From Macrostomum lignano (taxonomy: Eukaryota): DNA of 64,000 bases. The stretch covers positions 124,001 through 188,000 of the forward strand of contig NIVC01000596.1 of assembly GCA_002269645.1 (NCBI GenBank). Reading direction: 5' to 3'. Shown here one piece after another: positions 1 through 31,323 of this stretch. How positions within the stretch are numbered: position 1 is the first letter of the stretch; the number at the start of each line of letters is the position of its first letter. The notes under the pieces were generated by a model. The model did not search any database, was not told the DNA's origin, and saw only the letters and a list, made by a program, of their open reading frames with translations. The position numbers were made by a program, and so were the translations under genes.

Positions 1-229
1 CTCTAAGGTTTTTCAAAGTTTGAATTTACATTTTTTGACGAATTTTTTTGGCAGTTGGCAGTTGATGTTTTTTTTCAATTTCCACGGGTCGGACCGGCAT
101 ACAAATTAGCTTTAACAGGAGCATTGCAATAAGGACAGAAGCATCTAGCACAGGCGGTTAGTGAATATTTGCATTATGCGGTAAGTGAAAAATATTTAAT
201 AGTGGAGGTCTCATGGGAAAAGTTCTGTC

Positions 230-600
230 GCTGGATCCTCGCTAGTGAGGATCCTTCGGTAATGGGATTCTCGCTTGTGGGAAATCTTCGCTTGAGGGAA
301 ATCCACGCTTGGGGGAATCTTCGGTGGAGGGAAATCCTCGTTTGAGGGGAATCCTCACTGGAGGGAAATCCACGCTTTGGGGAAATCCTCGCTTTGGGGA
401 AATCCTCGCTTGGGGGGAATCCTCACTGGAGGGAAATCCTCGCTAAAGGGAAATCCTCGCTGATAGGAAATCCTCGTTGGAGGGAAATCCTCGCTGCAGG
501 GAAATCCTCGCTCGATAAAAACCCTAAGCCTAACATTGATAATATTTTTGGGGGAAGCAGTCGTTGCGGGAAATCCCCAGTGCGGGAAATCCCCAGTGCG
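230..600. repeat. Degenerate ~20-bp tandem repeat with GGGAAATCC core
   Basis: Many copies of gggaaatcc(t/a)cgc; lies in the intron following exon 630-976. Confidence 0.8.
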
Positions 601-629
601 GGAAACCCTCTTGGACCCAAAAAACTCAC

Positions 630-3600
630 CACAATAGAGGCGGCGCCACCGGAAGACGCAGTAGGCGGTGTTGAAACCGAGCGAAGCAGCGGCTTCTGCT
701 GCTGTTGCTCTTCAAGACCGGCCTCCTCCTTGGCCGGGAAGAACAGGCTGCCCGGACTCGGAGCTCGGCCCTCCTCAATCAGCTGACGGGCCAACTTTGT
801 TGCAGCCGCGTCGCGGGCTGCCGCGACTGATTCGGAGGCCGCCTCGTAGCGGCAGCGGATCAGCTGAGGCCGGGTTTCTGGACTGAGGACATTGAAGGTC
901 ACGGCCGAGGCGGGCGCGGTGGTTCCGTCTGCGGCGGCAGAGTCTGCTTTGGGCTTCGCTCGAAGAGGCGGGATTTCTGCAAAGTAGAAGATTTTAACCT
1001 CAATGCAAGTTTGCAGACAGGGGCACCATGGATTGCAACTAATAGTGGATTGCTAATCTATCTAGCCTTCATCGATTGATTATTATACTAATAGTGGATT
1101 GCTAATCTATCTAGCCTTCATCGATTGATTATTATACTAATAATGGATTGCTAATCTAATCTAGCTTTCGTGGATAAGCAGAGTTCTAGTCCCAGTAAAA
1201 CTAAGTTATATCTACATGAACACTCGGCTTTAACCACATCGATTTGGTAACAGTATAGTGCATGTCGTACAGAAGGCAGCGCAACGAACACAAATCAATA
1301 ATCAATAATAAAATAGTCTGCCTGCATGTACAGAAACTCAAACTCTAACTTTAGAGCTATGCTAGTACTCCTGGAGTTGTAAAACAATACCGCTGATTGC
1401 TTGTGGCCCCCCAAGAAAACCGGCTATTGATTTCCCATGGGATCATTCGAGTGGATTTGTCTAAATAGAATTTAGTGTTCCTCTGTCGCTTTGCTGTCAG
1501 ACATTCTGATGAAGACAGAGGAGGCACAAGAAGCAACACAGTGCCTTCTTTTGATGGTTCGGATTGAAAGACGGCAGGAATTCCAACATGTTTGATAGAG
1601 CGTTCAAAGATCAAGGACCATGCTAATAGTGGATTGCTAATCTAGCATTAGAGGATGAGGGATAATACTAATAGTGGATTGCTAATCTAGCATTAGAGGA
1701 TGAGGGATAATACTAATAGTGGATTGCTAATCTAGCATTAGAGGATGAGGGATAATACTAATAGTGGATTGCTAATCTAGTATTCGAGGATGAGGGATAA
1801 TACTAATAGTGGATTGCTAATCTAGCATTAGAGGATGAGGGATAATACTAATAGTGGATTGCTAATCTAGCATTAGAGGATGAGGGATAATACTAATAGT
1901 GGATTGCTAATCTAGCATTAGAGGATGAGGGATAATACTAATAGTGGATTGCTAATCTAGCATTAGAGGATGAGGGATAATACTAATAGTGGATTGCTAA
2001 TCTAGCATTAGAGGATGAGGGATAATACTAATAGTGGATTGCTAATCTAGCATTAGAGGATGAGGGATAATACTAATAGTGGATTGCTAATCTAGCATTA
2101 GAGGATGAGGGATAATACTAATAGTGGATTGCTAATCTAGCATTAGAGGATGAGGGATAATACTAATAGTGGATTGCTAATCTAGCATTAGAGGATGAGG
2201 GATAATACTAATAGTGGATTGCTAATCTAGCATTAGAGGATGGGGGATAATACTAATAGTGGATTGCTAATCTAGCATTAGAGGATGAGGGATAATACTA
2301 ATAGTGGATTGCTAATCTAGCATTAGAGGATGAGGGATAATACTAATAGTGGATTGCTAATCTAGTATTCGAGGATGAGGGATAATACTAATAGTGGATT
2401 GCTAATCTAGCATTAGAGGATGAGGGATAATACTAATAGTGGATTGCTAATCTAGCATTAGAGGATGAGGGATAATACTAATAGTGGATTGCTAATCTAG
2501 TATTCGAGGATGAGGGATAATACTAATAGTGGATTGCTAATCTAGTATTCGAGGATGAGGGATAATACTAATAGTGGATTGCTAATCTAGCATTAGAGGA
2601 TGAGGGATAATACTAATAGTGGATTGCTAATCTAGCATTAGAGGATGAGGGATAATACTAATAGTGGATTGCTAATCTAGCATTAGAGGATGAGGGATAA
2701 TACTAATAGTGGATTGCTAATCTAGCATTAGAGGATGGGGGATAATACTAATAGTGGATTGCTAATCTAGCATTAGAGGATGAGGGATAATACTAATAGT
2801 GGATTGCTAATCTAGCATTAGAGGATGAGGGATAATACTAATAGTGGATTGCTAATCTAGTATTCGAGGATGAGGGATAATACTAATAGTGGATTGCTAA
2901 TCTAGCATTAGAGGATGAGGGATAATACTAATAGTGGATTGCTAATCTAGTATTCGAGGATGAGGGATAATACTAATAGTGGATTGCTAATCTAGTATTC
3001 GAGGATGAGGGATAATACTAATAGTGGATTGCTAATCTAGTATTCGAGGATGAGGGATAATACTAATAGTGGATTGCTAATCTAGTATTCGAGGATGAGG
3101 GATAATACTAATAGTGGATTGCTAATCTAGTATTCGAGGATGAGGGATAATACTAATAGTGGATTGCTAATCTAGCATTAGAGGATGAGGGATAATACTA
3201 ATAGTGGATTGCTAATCTAGTATTCGAGGATGAGGGATAATACTAATAGTGGATTGCTAATCTAGTATTCGAGGATGAGGGATAATACTAATAGTGGATT
3301 GCTAATCTAGCATTAGAGGATGAGGGATAATACTAATAGTGGATTGCTAATCTAGCATTAGAGGATGAGGGATAATACTAATAGTGGATTGCTAATCTAG
3401 CATTAGAGGATGAGGGATAATACTAATAGTGGATTGCTAATCTAGCATTAGAGGATGAGGGATAATACTAATAGTGGATTGCTAATCTAGTATTCGAGGA
3501 TGAGGGATAATACTAATAGTGGATTGCTAATCTAGTATTCGAGGATGAGGGATAATACTAATAGTGGATTGCTAATCTAGCATTAGAGGATGAGGGATAA

Positions 3601-6600
3601 TACTAATAGTGGATTGCTAATCTAGCATTAGAGGATGAGGGATAATACTAATAGTGGATTGCTAATCTAGTATTCGAGGATGAGGGATAATACTAATAGT
3701 GGATTGCTAATCTAGCATTAGAGGATGAGGGATAATACTAATAGTGGATTGCTAATCTAGTATTCGAGGACGAGGGATAATACTAATAGTGGATTGCTAA
3801 TCTAGTATTCGAGGACGAGGGATAATACTAATAGTGGATTGCTAATCTAGTATTCGAGGACGAGGGATAATACTAATAGTGGATTGCTAATCTAGTATTC
3901 GAGGACGAGGGATAATACTAATAGTGGATTGCTAATCTAGTATTCGAGGACGAGGGATAATACTAATAGTGGATTGCTAATCTAGTATTCGAGGACGAGG
4001 GATAATACTAATAGTGGATTGCTAATCTAGTATTCGAGGATGAGGGATAATACTAATAGTGGATTGCTAATCTAGCATTAGAGGATGAGGGATAATACTA
4101 ATAGTGGATTGCTAATCTAGCATTAGAGGATGAGGGATAATACTAATAGTGGATTGCTAATCTAGCATTAGAGGATGAGGGATAATACTAATAGTGGATT
4201 GCTAATCTAGCATTAGAGGATGAGGGATAATACTAATAGTGGATTGCTAATCTAGCATTAGAGGATGGGGGATAATACTAATAGTGGATTGCTAATCTAG
4301 CATTAGAGGATGAGGGATAATACTAATAGTGGATTGCTAATCTAGCATTAGAGGATGAGGGATAATACTAATAGTGGATTGCTAATCTAGTATTCGAGGA
4401 TGAGGGATAATACTAATAGTGGATTGCTAATCTAGCATTAGAGGATGAGGGATAATACTAATAGTGGATTGCTAATCTAGCATTAGAGGATGAGGGATAA
4501 TACTAATAGTGGATTGCTAATCTAGTATTCGAGGATGAGGGATAATACTAATAGTGGATTGCTAATCTAGTATTCGAGGATGAGGGATAATACTAATAGT
4601 GGATTGCTAATCTAGCATTAGAGGATGAGGGATAATACTAATAGTGGATTGCTAATCTAGCATTAGAGGATGAGGGATAATACTAATAGTGGATTGCTAA
4701 TCTAGCATTAGAGGATGAGGGATAATACTAATAGTGGATTGCTAATCTAGCATTAGAGGATGGGGATAATACTAATAGTGGATTGCTAATCTAGCATTAG
4801 AGGATGAGGGATAATACTAATAGTGGATTGCTAATCTAGCATTAGAGGATGAGGGATAATACTAATAGTGGATTGCTAATCTAGTATTCGAGGATGAGGG
4901 ATAATACTAATAGTGGATTGCTAATCTAGCATTAGAGGATGAGGGATAATACTAATAGTGGATTGCTAATCTAGTATTCGAGGATGAGGGATAATACTAA
5001 TAGTGGATTGCTAATCTAGTATTCGAGGATGAGGGATAATACTAATAGTGGATTGCTAATCTAGTATTCGAGGATGAGGGATAATACTAATAGTGGATTG
5101 CTAATCTAGTATTCGAGGATGAGGGATAATACTAATAGTGGATTGCTAATCTAGTATTCGAGGATGAGGGATAATACTAATAGTGGATTGCTAATCTAGC
5201 ATTAGAGGATGAGGGATAATACTAATAGTGGATTGCTAATCTAGTATTCGAGGATGAGGGATAATACTAATAGTGGATTGCTAATCTAGTATTCGAGGAT
5301 GAGGGATAATACTAATAGTGGATTGCTAATCTAGCATTAGAGGATGAGGGATAATACTAATAGTGGATTGCTAATCTAGCATTAGAGGATGAGGGATAAT
5401 ACTAATAGTGGATTGCTAATCTAGCATTAGAGGATGAGGGATAATACTAATAGTGGATTGCTAATCTAGCATTAGAGGATGAGGGATAATACTAATAGTG
5501 GATTGCTAATCTAGTATTCGAGGATGAGGGATAATACTAATAGTGGATTGCTAATCTAGTATTCGAGGATGAGGGATAATACTAATAGTGGATTGCTAAT
5601 CTAGCATTAGAGGATGAGGGATAATACTAATAGTGGATTGCTAATCTAGCATTAGAGGATGAGGGATAATACTAATAGTGGATTGCTAATCTAGTATTCG
5701 AGGATGAGGGATAATACTAATAGTGGATTGCTAATCTAGCATTAGAGGATGAGGGATAATACTAATAGTGGATTGCTAATCTAGTATTCGAGGATGAGGG
5801 ATAATACTAATAGTGGATTGCTAATCTAGTATTCGAGGATGAGGGATAATACTAATAGTGGATTGCTAATCTAGTATTCGAGGACGAGGGATAATACTAA
5901 TAGTGGATTGCTAATCTAGTATTCGAGGACGAGGGATAATACTAATAGTGGATTGCTAATCTAGTATTCGAGGACGAGGGATAATACTAATAGTGGATTG
6001 CTAATCTAGTATTCGAGGACGAGGGATAATACTAATAGTGGATTGCTAATCTAGTATTCGAGGACGAGGGATAATACTAATAGTGGATTGCTAATCTAGT
6101 ATTCGAGGACGAGGGATAATACTAATAGTGGATTGCTAATCTAGTATTCGAGGACGAGGGATAATACTAATAGTGGATTGCTAATCTAGTATTCGAGGAT
6201 GAGGGATAATACTAATAGTGGATTGCTAATCTAGTATTCGAGGATGAGGGATAATACTAATAGTGGATTGCTAATCTAGTATTCGAGGATGAGGGATAAT
6301 ACTAATAATAGTGGACTGCTAATCTAGTATTCGAGGGTGAAGGAGTATACTAAATCTTAATTACTTCGCGAGTTCGCGTGCTAGCAACATTTACGAAGTC
6401 CATTTCTCTGGCAAATGCAATCAAAATCTGAAACTATTTTCCTATGCAGAGAATTCACTCTTAGTTCCAAAAAAACTTGAGGAGAGAGAGAGAATAAAGA
6501 CCCGCACCGTGGACAAGTAGCTGCAGTCGCAGACAGTGGCCAAACAATGACTAATTCTATTAATAGAGTACGATCGCTTACTCACTCTCCTCACATTTGC

Positions 6601-8210
6601 TAACAAGCTATTGTGCCGATGCCAGGATAATGATTGACAATGGCACCCTGCTGCGCCAATAATCTGCTCAATGCTCTCAAGCCATTTTGCTGGCAAAATA
6701 CAACTTATAGATGTAGTAGCAGGCTATTAACTCGTGACTAATCTTATTCCCAACTAAAGCTGATAGGATCAATGCTATACTCAATAGCTACTATAAGCGT
6801 TTATCTGAATCCCATAAAAACAGCGGTGTCTAAACTTAACTTCGTTCGACTCTTGCAAAGTGGCGACCGGGGCAGCCGTGCGGCTTTTTTGGGGGACAAA
6901 CAAAGACTAGGGTGAGGGGGGAGGGTAGGGGGCAGCTGCTGGGGTCCTGGAAGCGCAGTGACTCATAATGGAATTAAGGCGGCATAGCTACACTAACTAA
7001 GCTCAGTTAGAGAGAGAAGCCAGCCAGGAGTCAAGGGCAGGAGTCACAGATGGGGGGAGATAAATTCCTGCTAAGATGTGGGATCGGGATACACATTACA
7101 GCCTGCCTGACGCAGGGAATAATAAAAGGACCAACACCCCTGATTAGTAGCTGCATGGCTGCGGGAGCAGAACTTGACAATGGGGTATCGCTTGTCATGC
7201 GCCTGTAGCCTGACCGCTGCAACATGCATCATAATTCATAATTTTTGCTTGCAGAGCTAATCCATGTAGTAAGCCGCGCATTGTATTTTTTCTGTCGGTC
7301 AATGAGTGAGTCAGCTGCAACTTGAGCAACATCAACTTGTTCAATATATTGTAATCTGATTCATCTGTGGGAATTAATCATTCTAGTAGTAGTAGGATTT
7401 GAATAGGCTCGCTATAGGTGTCATCTATGAAAATTAATTTAAAAATTATTTTCTTCAAACTTGAATATCAACGAATTAAAGAATAACAAATAAGAATAAG
7501 AAAATAAAAAATGGTGTAAATACATAGGAAATTAGAAGTTATGAGATGGTTGAAGCCAGGTACACCAATAAAAAAATCCATTTACAGTTTTACAGGTTGT
7601 CCAGAAAATTTTACAATCAGTCATATGTCAAGCATATGTAGTTTCAAACTTGTTCAATCCTAATTTATATTTTATGAAAAAAATTCACTTGCTGTGGCTT
7701 CAAGCAATATATTGTAAATAAAAAATCGAAGATAGGCACCTTTGTGTGAATTTATTTTATTTATTAATTTTTAAGCTTTATGTTGCTATAGACAACTTTA
7801 AAAGTATTTGTTTGAATTTTTATGTATTAATACAGTTTGTATGACTAAACATGAAAAAATACAAAGCCAAAGAGCAAAGAATACCTACCAAGCAAGTTCA
7901 GGGCATCGATCTCCTCGAAATCGCAGTCCAGTGCAGAAACTCTGTTCTTCAATAAAAGCATTCTTTCATGAATTGTCGATAGTTGCTCAACATAGTCTGA
8001 GTAAATATCAAGAAAGTTCTGTACAACTTTTTGTGCATTATCAGAAAAGCATTTGTCAATAAAAAAGTTCCAGCGTTGAAATTCTATTGAAACTTCATTT
8101 TTCTGATCAAAACTAGCTGGCTTGTCTTGCAGATTATTGGGTTCATGCTTAAAGTCCAAGTTATTTGAGTTCGCAAGTATGCATTCCTGCTCAACCGATG
8201 GGCTGTCCAT
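630..8210 (-). CDS. Putative divergent WAVE/SCAR-homology-domain protein (partial model; may continue past window start)
   Basis: Exon 7889-8210 (ATG; donor G|GTAGGT) encodes SDNAQKVVQNFLDIYSDYVEQLSTIHERMLLLKNRVSALDCDFEEI, which aligns without gaps to the recalled WAVE segment [46 protein letters not shown]. Exon ~1390-1640 has IFER...PPL-x14-KFY-x9-W, the same spacing as WAVE LFDR...PPL-x14-KFY-x9-W. A further exon at 630-976 has acceptor cttctactttgcag and donor GTG|GTGAGT. Inter-exon phases are not fully resolved. Confidence 0.5.
1038..1166. repeat. ~49-bp tandem repeat (about 2.5 copies) related to the 45-bp array
   Basis: Shares tactaatagtggattgctaatct with the 1622-6335 array. Confidence 0.8.
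1622..6335. repeat. 45-bp minisatellite, about 105 copies, with a higher-order duplication
   Basis: Unit tactaatagtggattgctaatctagcattagaggatgagggataa with four diagnostic variants. Confidence 0.98.
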
Positions 8211-9856
8211 GTTCTGTTGCTTGGACCACCCAATTAGTACTTGATAAGACGTGAAAGTTCTACATGCTTATTAATTTTAAATAACTAAGATAAAAGTTAT
8301 TTCTCTTGATCCACAGGAAATCAAATATTTGTAATGCATAGTTACTATAGGTTAAATCTTAAATGTTATCTTTGAAATTCTGTATTCATGGCTTTGCTAA
8401 GAATAAAAACATTGAATGTAACTTCAAGTGCGTTAAAAATCCGTGACCTGTAATAAAAAATCCTGCCAAAATTAGAGTATTTTTATCGTAGCCAATCTTA
8501 ACGAACCAGCTAAAGCGTGACTTATAAAAGATTGCAATCTATTTTTTCGTGATTTTAGTAAAGACATTATAATTATTAGGAACTATCACACAGAGCTCTT
8601 CAGCGTATGTTTCTAAGTTAAACGAATAAGTATGGATTCTTAATAGTTAGTCATTTAAGGCTTTGTTTTAATGACTGATCAAAAAATTAAGGCAGATCGT
8701 CCGGAGTTACAAAAAAAGGCAATGCAAAACTTCTTTACTTGCTTGTCTGAATGCTTTAATTAAATTTGTGCAGTTAATTTATTATTGATAAAACCTAAAA
8801 CCTAAAAAACCTTATTATTGTAAAAATGATTTGTATATACATGTATGCGATAGATACATGTATGCAATCGATTTCCATATGCGATAGATTTTTAGCATGA
8901 ACGGCTCAATTTATTTCTAACTAAAATGCTTCGGCCGTAGAATTTACGGCAGATACTGTTGGAGTGTTGGTTATCTTCTCAGTAACATCGGTGCCAAGTC
9001 CGCTTGCGATGATGTGAAGAACGCAGAGTAAGACAGATCAGCACGTGATTGCATATTCGCAACTACCCACTATTCTAAATTTTTGCTACAGATCTGGAAC
9101 ATCACGTCATAAGATTTAACAGCCATGGTGTACTTGTCAATTTTTTGAAAGGAATTTACGTTATTATTTATCTCTTTAATCATGTCAATTTGTTTATTGA
9201 ACAGTAATTATTAAAATTGATTGATCTTAAGTAATCCATATTTGCTTGCAATTACTCATATTCAAATGAATCGTTGGCTTTGCGAAGCACACATTATGGC
9301 GAAATGAGGTTATGTAACTTTATACCTTTGCATGTACACTGTACTTGAGAACATTACTTGAGAGATTTTCTCGTTTTCGAAAGCTTTTCTAAGCTAGGTA
9401 AAAAAGACAAACTCAAAAACATAGTTTCAAATAGTCAATTAAAATATTAACAGTAACGGACAAGTAAATTATTAGGAGCCAACAATCTACATTTAGCTTA
9501 GCAGTTGATTAAATTGACTTGCACGGTATAGATTGAAAATTGAAATTTGCGCGTTTATTTATTAATATTCAGAACGAGTAGTCATTAAAGTTGCTCAAGG
9601 TGCCAAAAAAACAGAACCAGGCATCACCTGGAACTTATTCACTATGCTAAAATAGCACAATTTGCTAAAGTGGACACCGGCAACACACGCATTAAACGGG
9701 CAAACAAACCACTAGGCGTGCTGCAGGTTTTGCGTTCTGTAGAGCGATTTTATATTATTAAGAAAGGGGTCTTTTTCAGCTTCTTTCGATTATTTAGTGA
9801 AACTAGATATTGATACAAACAATATAAAAATGATGACACTGGCCGCACTCCAGCTT

Positions 9857-19270
<9,414 letters not shown>

Positions 19271-21115
19271 GCTTGATATTATTCTTTTAGATTTCGAAAA
19301 ACTGTTTCAATTTGAAGACTGCAACAATATACTTGTAATACGGCAGCAATTGTAATTTGGTAGCCTGTCGGTTATATTATAAATAGGCAACAGTAATTAT
19401 TTATAGTTTTGTAACCGCTGCATCAAGGACTAAACCGATTTTAATGCAGAAGTGGCCTAACTGGCTAACAGTTTGAATTCAATTCATTTATCTATCTATA
19501 CTTTTGTGTCAGACCTAAGTGATGATTATAAATGCAATCGTTTTTCAAAGAGAAACAACGTCCTATGTAGCCTTTGCAATCAGACTATTCAAGCTAAAAG
19601 AATAATTTTATTTATGGTTCCCTTCATTAAGATCACTACTGCGCGCTCAACGGGGAAACTATCTTTAAATTGACGCCAAAATTTATACTGTTTATTTACA
19701 CCATGATCGATTGTTTTCGTCTTTTCGATAAATTGAACGATTGAAATCGCAAGTCTCAAATATTTAGGCCGTAATTTCACTGGAAATAACATGAAATCTT
19801 CTTATTTAACTACCTTTTCACGTAAATTTATTGCCTTGCAAGCAGGTCTTCACGGTCTGTCATTTGCTTATCCCTTAGCTATAACAAATGAAAAATTGAA
19901 AAAACTTCTCAAGTGACAGAATTTCTTATTGGCTTTTGTTTTTATTTTAGAAAGTTAATTTAATTGTTTTTAAGTACTCACTGCTCTATTTGTGCTGCTC
20001 CTTTACAGCGAAAACTCAAATAAGAACTGTATGATAACGGAGCTCGCTATAAACTAAGATTTAAGTCTTATTGTTTTGTTTGCAGAAATTTTATAAACCA
20101 ATCTCTCTCTTCAGACTGTCTACTTTAAAAAGATAGAATTTGATAACGAACGAATCCGATCAGCTTAATGCCTTTTTTAAAGTGCAGTTCGTCGCCGATG
20201 TAAACTATCAAAACATTTGGACAAAGCTGTGTGCAGAATTTTTTATTTTGTTCCCAAAGATTGATGCCTAAAATTCGAATATTTATCTATTCGTATCTAT
20301 TCATTAGAATTTGAACAGTTACATACTTGTATACTTTTTGATGCTGCTGACGTATATATTTTGAATCTAATAGGATACTTCCTAGTCTATGTATAGTTTT
20401 AGAGTAGTTTAATTTAATTGTGCTGATTTTGTCTTACATTTAAATTTTTTTTAATTTCTTGATATAGACCAAGGTTTCTTTTATATTTTCATATCTTTGA
20501 AGAACTGTGTTTATTTTATTAACCATTAAAGACAAATTTGATATTCATGAGCATTAGCCTCTATACTATATTTGGAAACCATTTATGGATAATTGGGAAG
20601 TTTTCTCTCTTGTTTAAGTATTTATCATTGACACGTGCAAAGTAGATATTCTGTTTTTGCCTTTATTATTCATGTATACTATGTGTTATTGTTTGTTGCT
20701 AGACCAAAGCATTTTTTCTTATTAGTGTTATAGAAACTAAGAAAAGTGATGATTCCTGGGGCAATGGAAAATTATGAAGTGCATGTATGAAGACAGAACG
20801 AAATGGATTTAAAGTTTGTGGTTTAGTAATACTCATAGCATTTGCCATTGTATAGCATTATCATATGGGCTTCGCATAAAAATTATGAAAGGTTACAATT
20901 AATAAATTCAATCCTCTCCTTCACACATCCAACGCAAGAAGACGAGCTCCCGTGGCCAAGCTCAAGTAATGTATTTGTGCCCTATCGCTATCTACTCAAA
21001 AGGGGCGACATTTTATCTGTTAGGACATCTCTTTAGCTGAAGCCACGAATCTTGCTTCGAAGAAAATTAATGTAGAATAATCTAAAGCGAATACCTTTGT
21101 GTACAACCCTTCAAA

Positions 21116-29537
<8,422 letters not shown>

Positions 29538-30391
29538 AAAATATTCGAACTTTTTTTGCTCGCCTGTCGGCTGAGTCTCGACGCGAATCCATCATTATTA
29601 GGCTTTAGTTTTTCTACCCGCCCCCTCCCTCCCCAAGAATTATACGTTTAGGCTTACTATTTTTATATATAGTTAATATGAAATTATACACGCAAGCCGC
29701 TGTTAAAGCTCTCTGCGCGGCCACGGGCCCTCCCTATTCATATATAAATGAGTTTATCACCCAACTCTTGACGTCGCCCTTTTTTTGTCCGACTGGCGGG
29801 CCGTCGCAGCCGCTGACTCCCCGCTGTGTCCCGGCGCATCCAGCGCGCCAGGCCCAACCCTCAAACCAAACCCCCAACCCCCACCCCCAAACCAAACCTC
29901 TACCCCAACCCCCCCATTCTCTCTTATCGGCCGGAAAAGTTCATCCGCCACGGTTTGGTTCAGGCGGAGGGGGGAGGGTTTTGGTTAGTCTGGCCCGAAT
30001 TAATTGGCGGTGAATTAATTAATTCCCCAGTGGCAGTCATCGAACCTGACGGCGGGACCTCTGACGCTGAAAATTTGCATCCTGAGCGGCACAGTATTTA
30101 TTTTTTTTATCTGTTAAAGTTGACACCACGGGGGCATCTGAAATTTGCATATTTATTAATGAGGGAGAAAGCACGCTATTTTGGATCAGATCTCTGTTTC
30201 AATTGACTTTTTTTAATTTCCAAACGAACTTTCTTTCAATTTTGTTTGAGCCTTTGAGGTGTTTTACCTGTTTAATTTTCCAGTACCAAGTATAAAGAAA
30301 AGGCATATCATTAAGCTATTTTTTTACTTTAAAAGCTTCCGCGTATTTTTTTTTGTGTACTTTGAGTTTTCAACTTCATACAATCGTGAGA

Positions 30392-30840
30392 TGAGATGTG
30401 AGAAATCAATCTACGAGATGTGAGAAATCAATCTATGAGATGTGAGAAATCAATCTACGAGATGTGAGAAATCAATCTACGAGATGTGAGAAATCAATCT
30501 ATGAGATGTGAGAAATCACTCTATGAGATGTGAGAAATCAATCTATGAGATGAGAGAAATCAATCGATGAGATGTGAGAAATGATACTATGAGATGTGAG
30601 AAATCAATCTACGAGATGTGAGAAATCAATCAACGAGATGTGAGAAATCAATCTATGAGATGAGAGAAATCAATCGATGAGATGTGAGAAATGATACTAT
30701 GAGATGTGAGAAATCACTCTATGAGATGTGAGAAATCAATCTATGAGACGCAAAAATCATATTATGAGATGTGAGAAATGATACTATGAGATGTGAGAGA
30801 TCATACTATGAGACGTGAGGAATCAATCTATGAGACGTGA
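30392..30840. repeat. 22-bp minisatellite (gagatgtgagaaatcaatctat)
   Basis: About 20 copies. Confidence 0.95.
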
Positions 30841-31323
30841 GTCATCTAAGGGGCATAAATGACATATTAAATTATAAATTCATGTCTAATTTCTGAGAAG
30901 GATAAATTTTTTATTGTAAACGTGAGCTATTTTATTTAAAGCCACGAATCCGGTGTGATTTAATCAATCAATTAGCAGAAAATTAATTTTGTTGCCAACT
31001 CGTTCGAATAAAAAGCCTGGTTTTGGCGGAACCGACAGGCCGCTCCAGCAGCTCTGACTGATTAGTTTGAGCACTGAATTTTCAAAAATCAATCGCATAT
31101 GAATGGGCATACGAACAAACGATTTTTAGTATATGGACTAGCGATCAGCCCACCCCCCCCCCGTAGGGAAGTCAACAAAGAATGGAATACAAATTTTTGG
31201 ATAACCTACATGTAGCTTCTGGCCTCAGCCTTGACATCTCAGTTATCCCCCCGTGAGCCCTAACATCTCAGAAATCCCACTGTAAGCCTTAATATTTCAG
31301 CAATTCCCCTCGTGAGCCTTGAC

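Noticed and set aside
1622-6335. CRISPR-like regular array
   Set aside because: No unique spacers, no cas genes, eukaryotic context.
6820-7143. Possible hAT TIR pair (cagcggtgt / acacccctg)
   Set aside because: Only ~9 bp match and no 8-bp TSD.
29860-29915. C-run cluster (potential G-quadruplex on the minus strand)
   Set aside because: No supporting context; G/C runs are common in this window.
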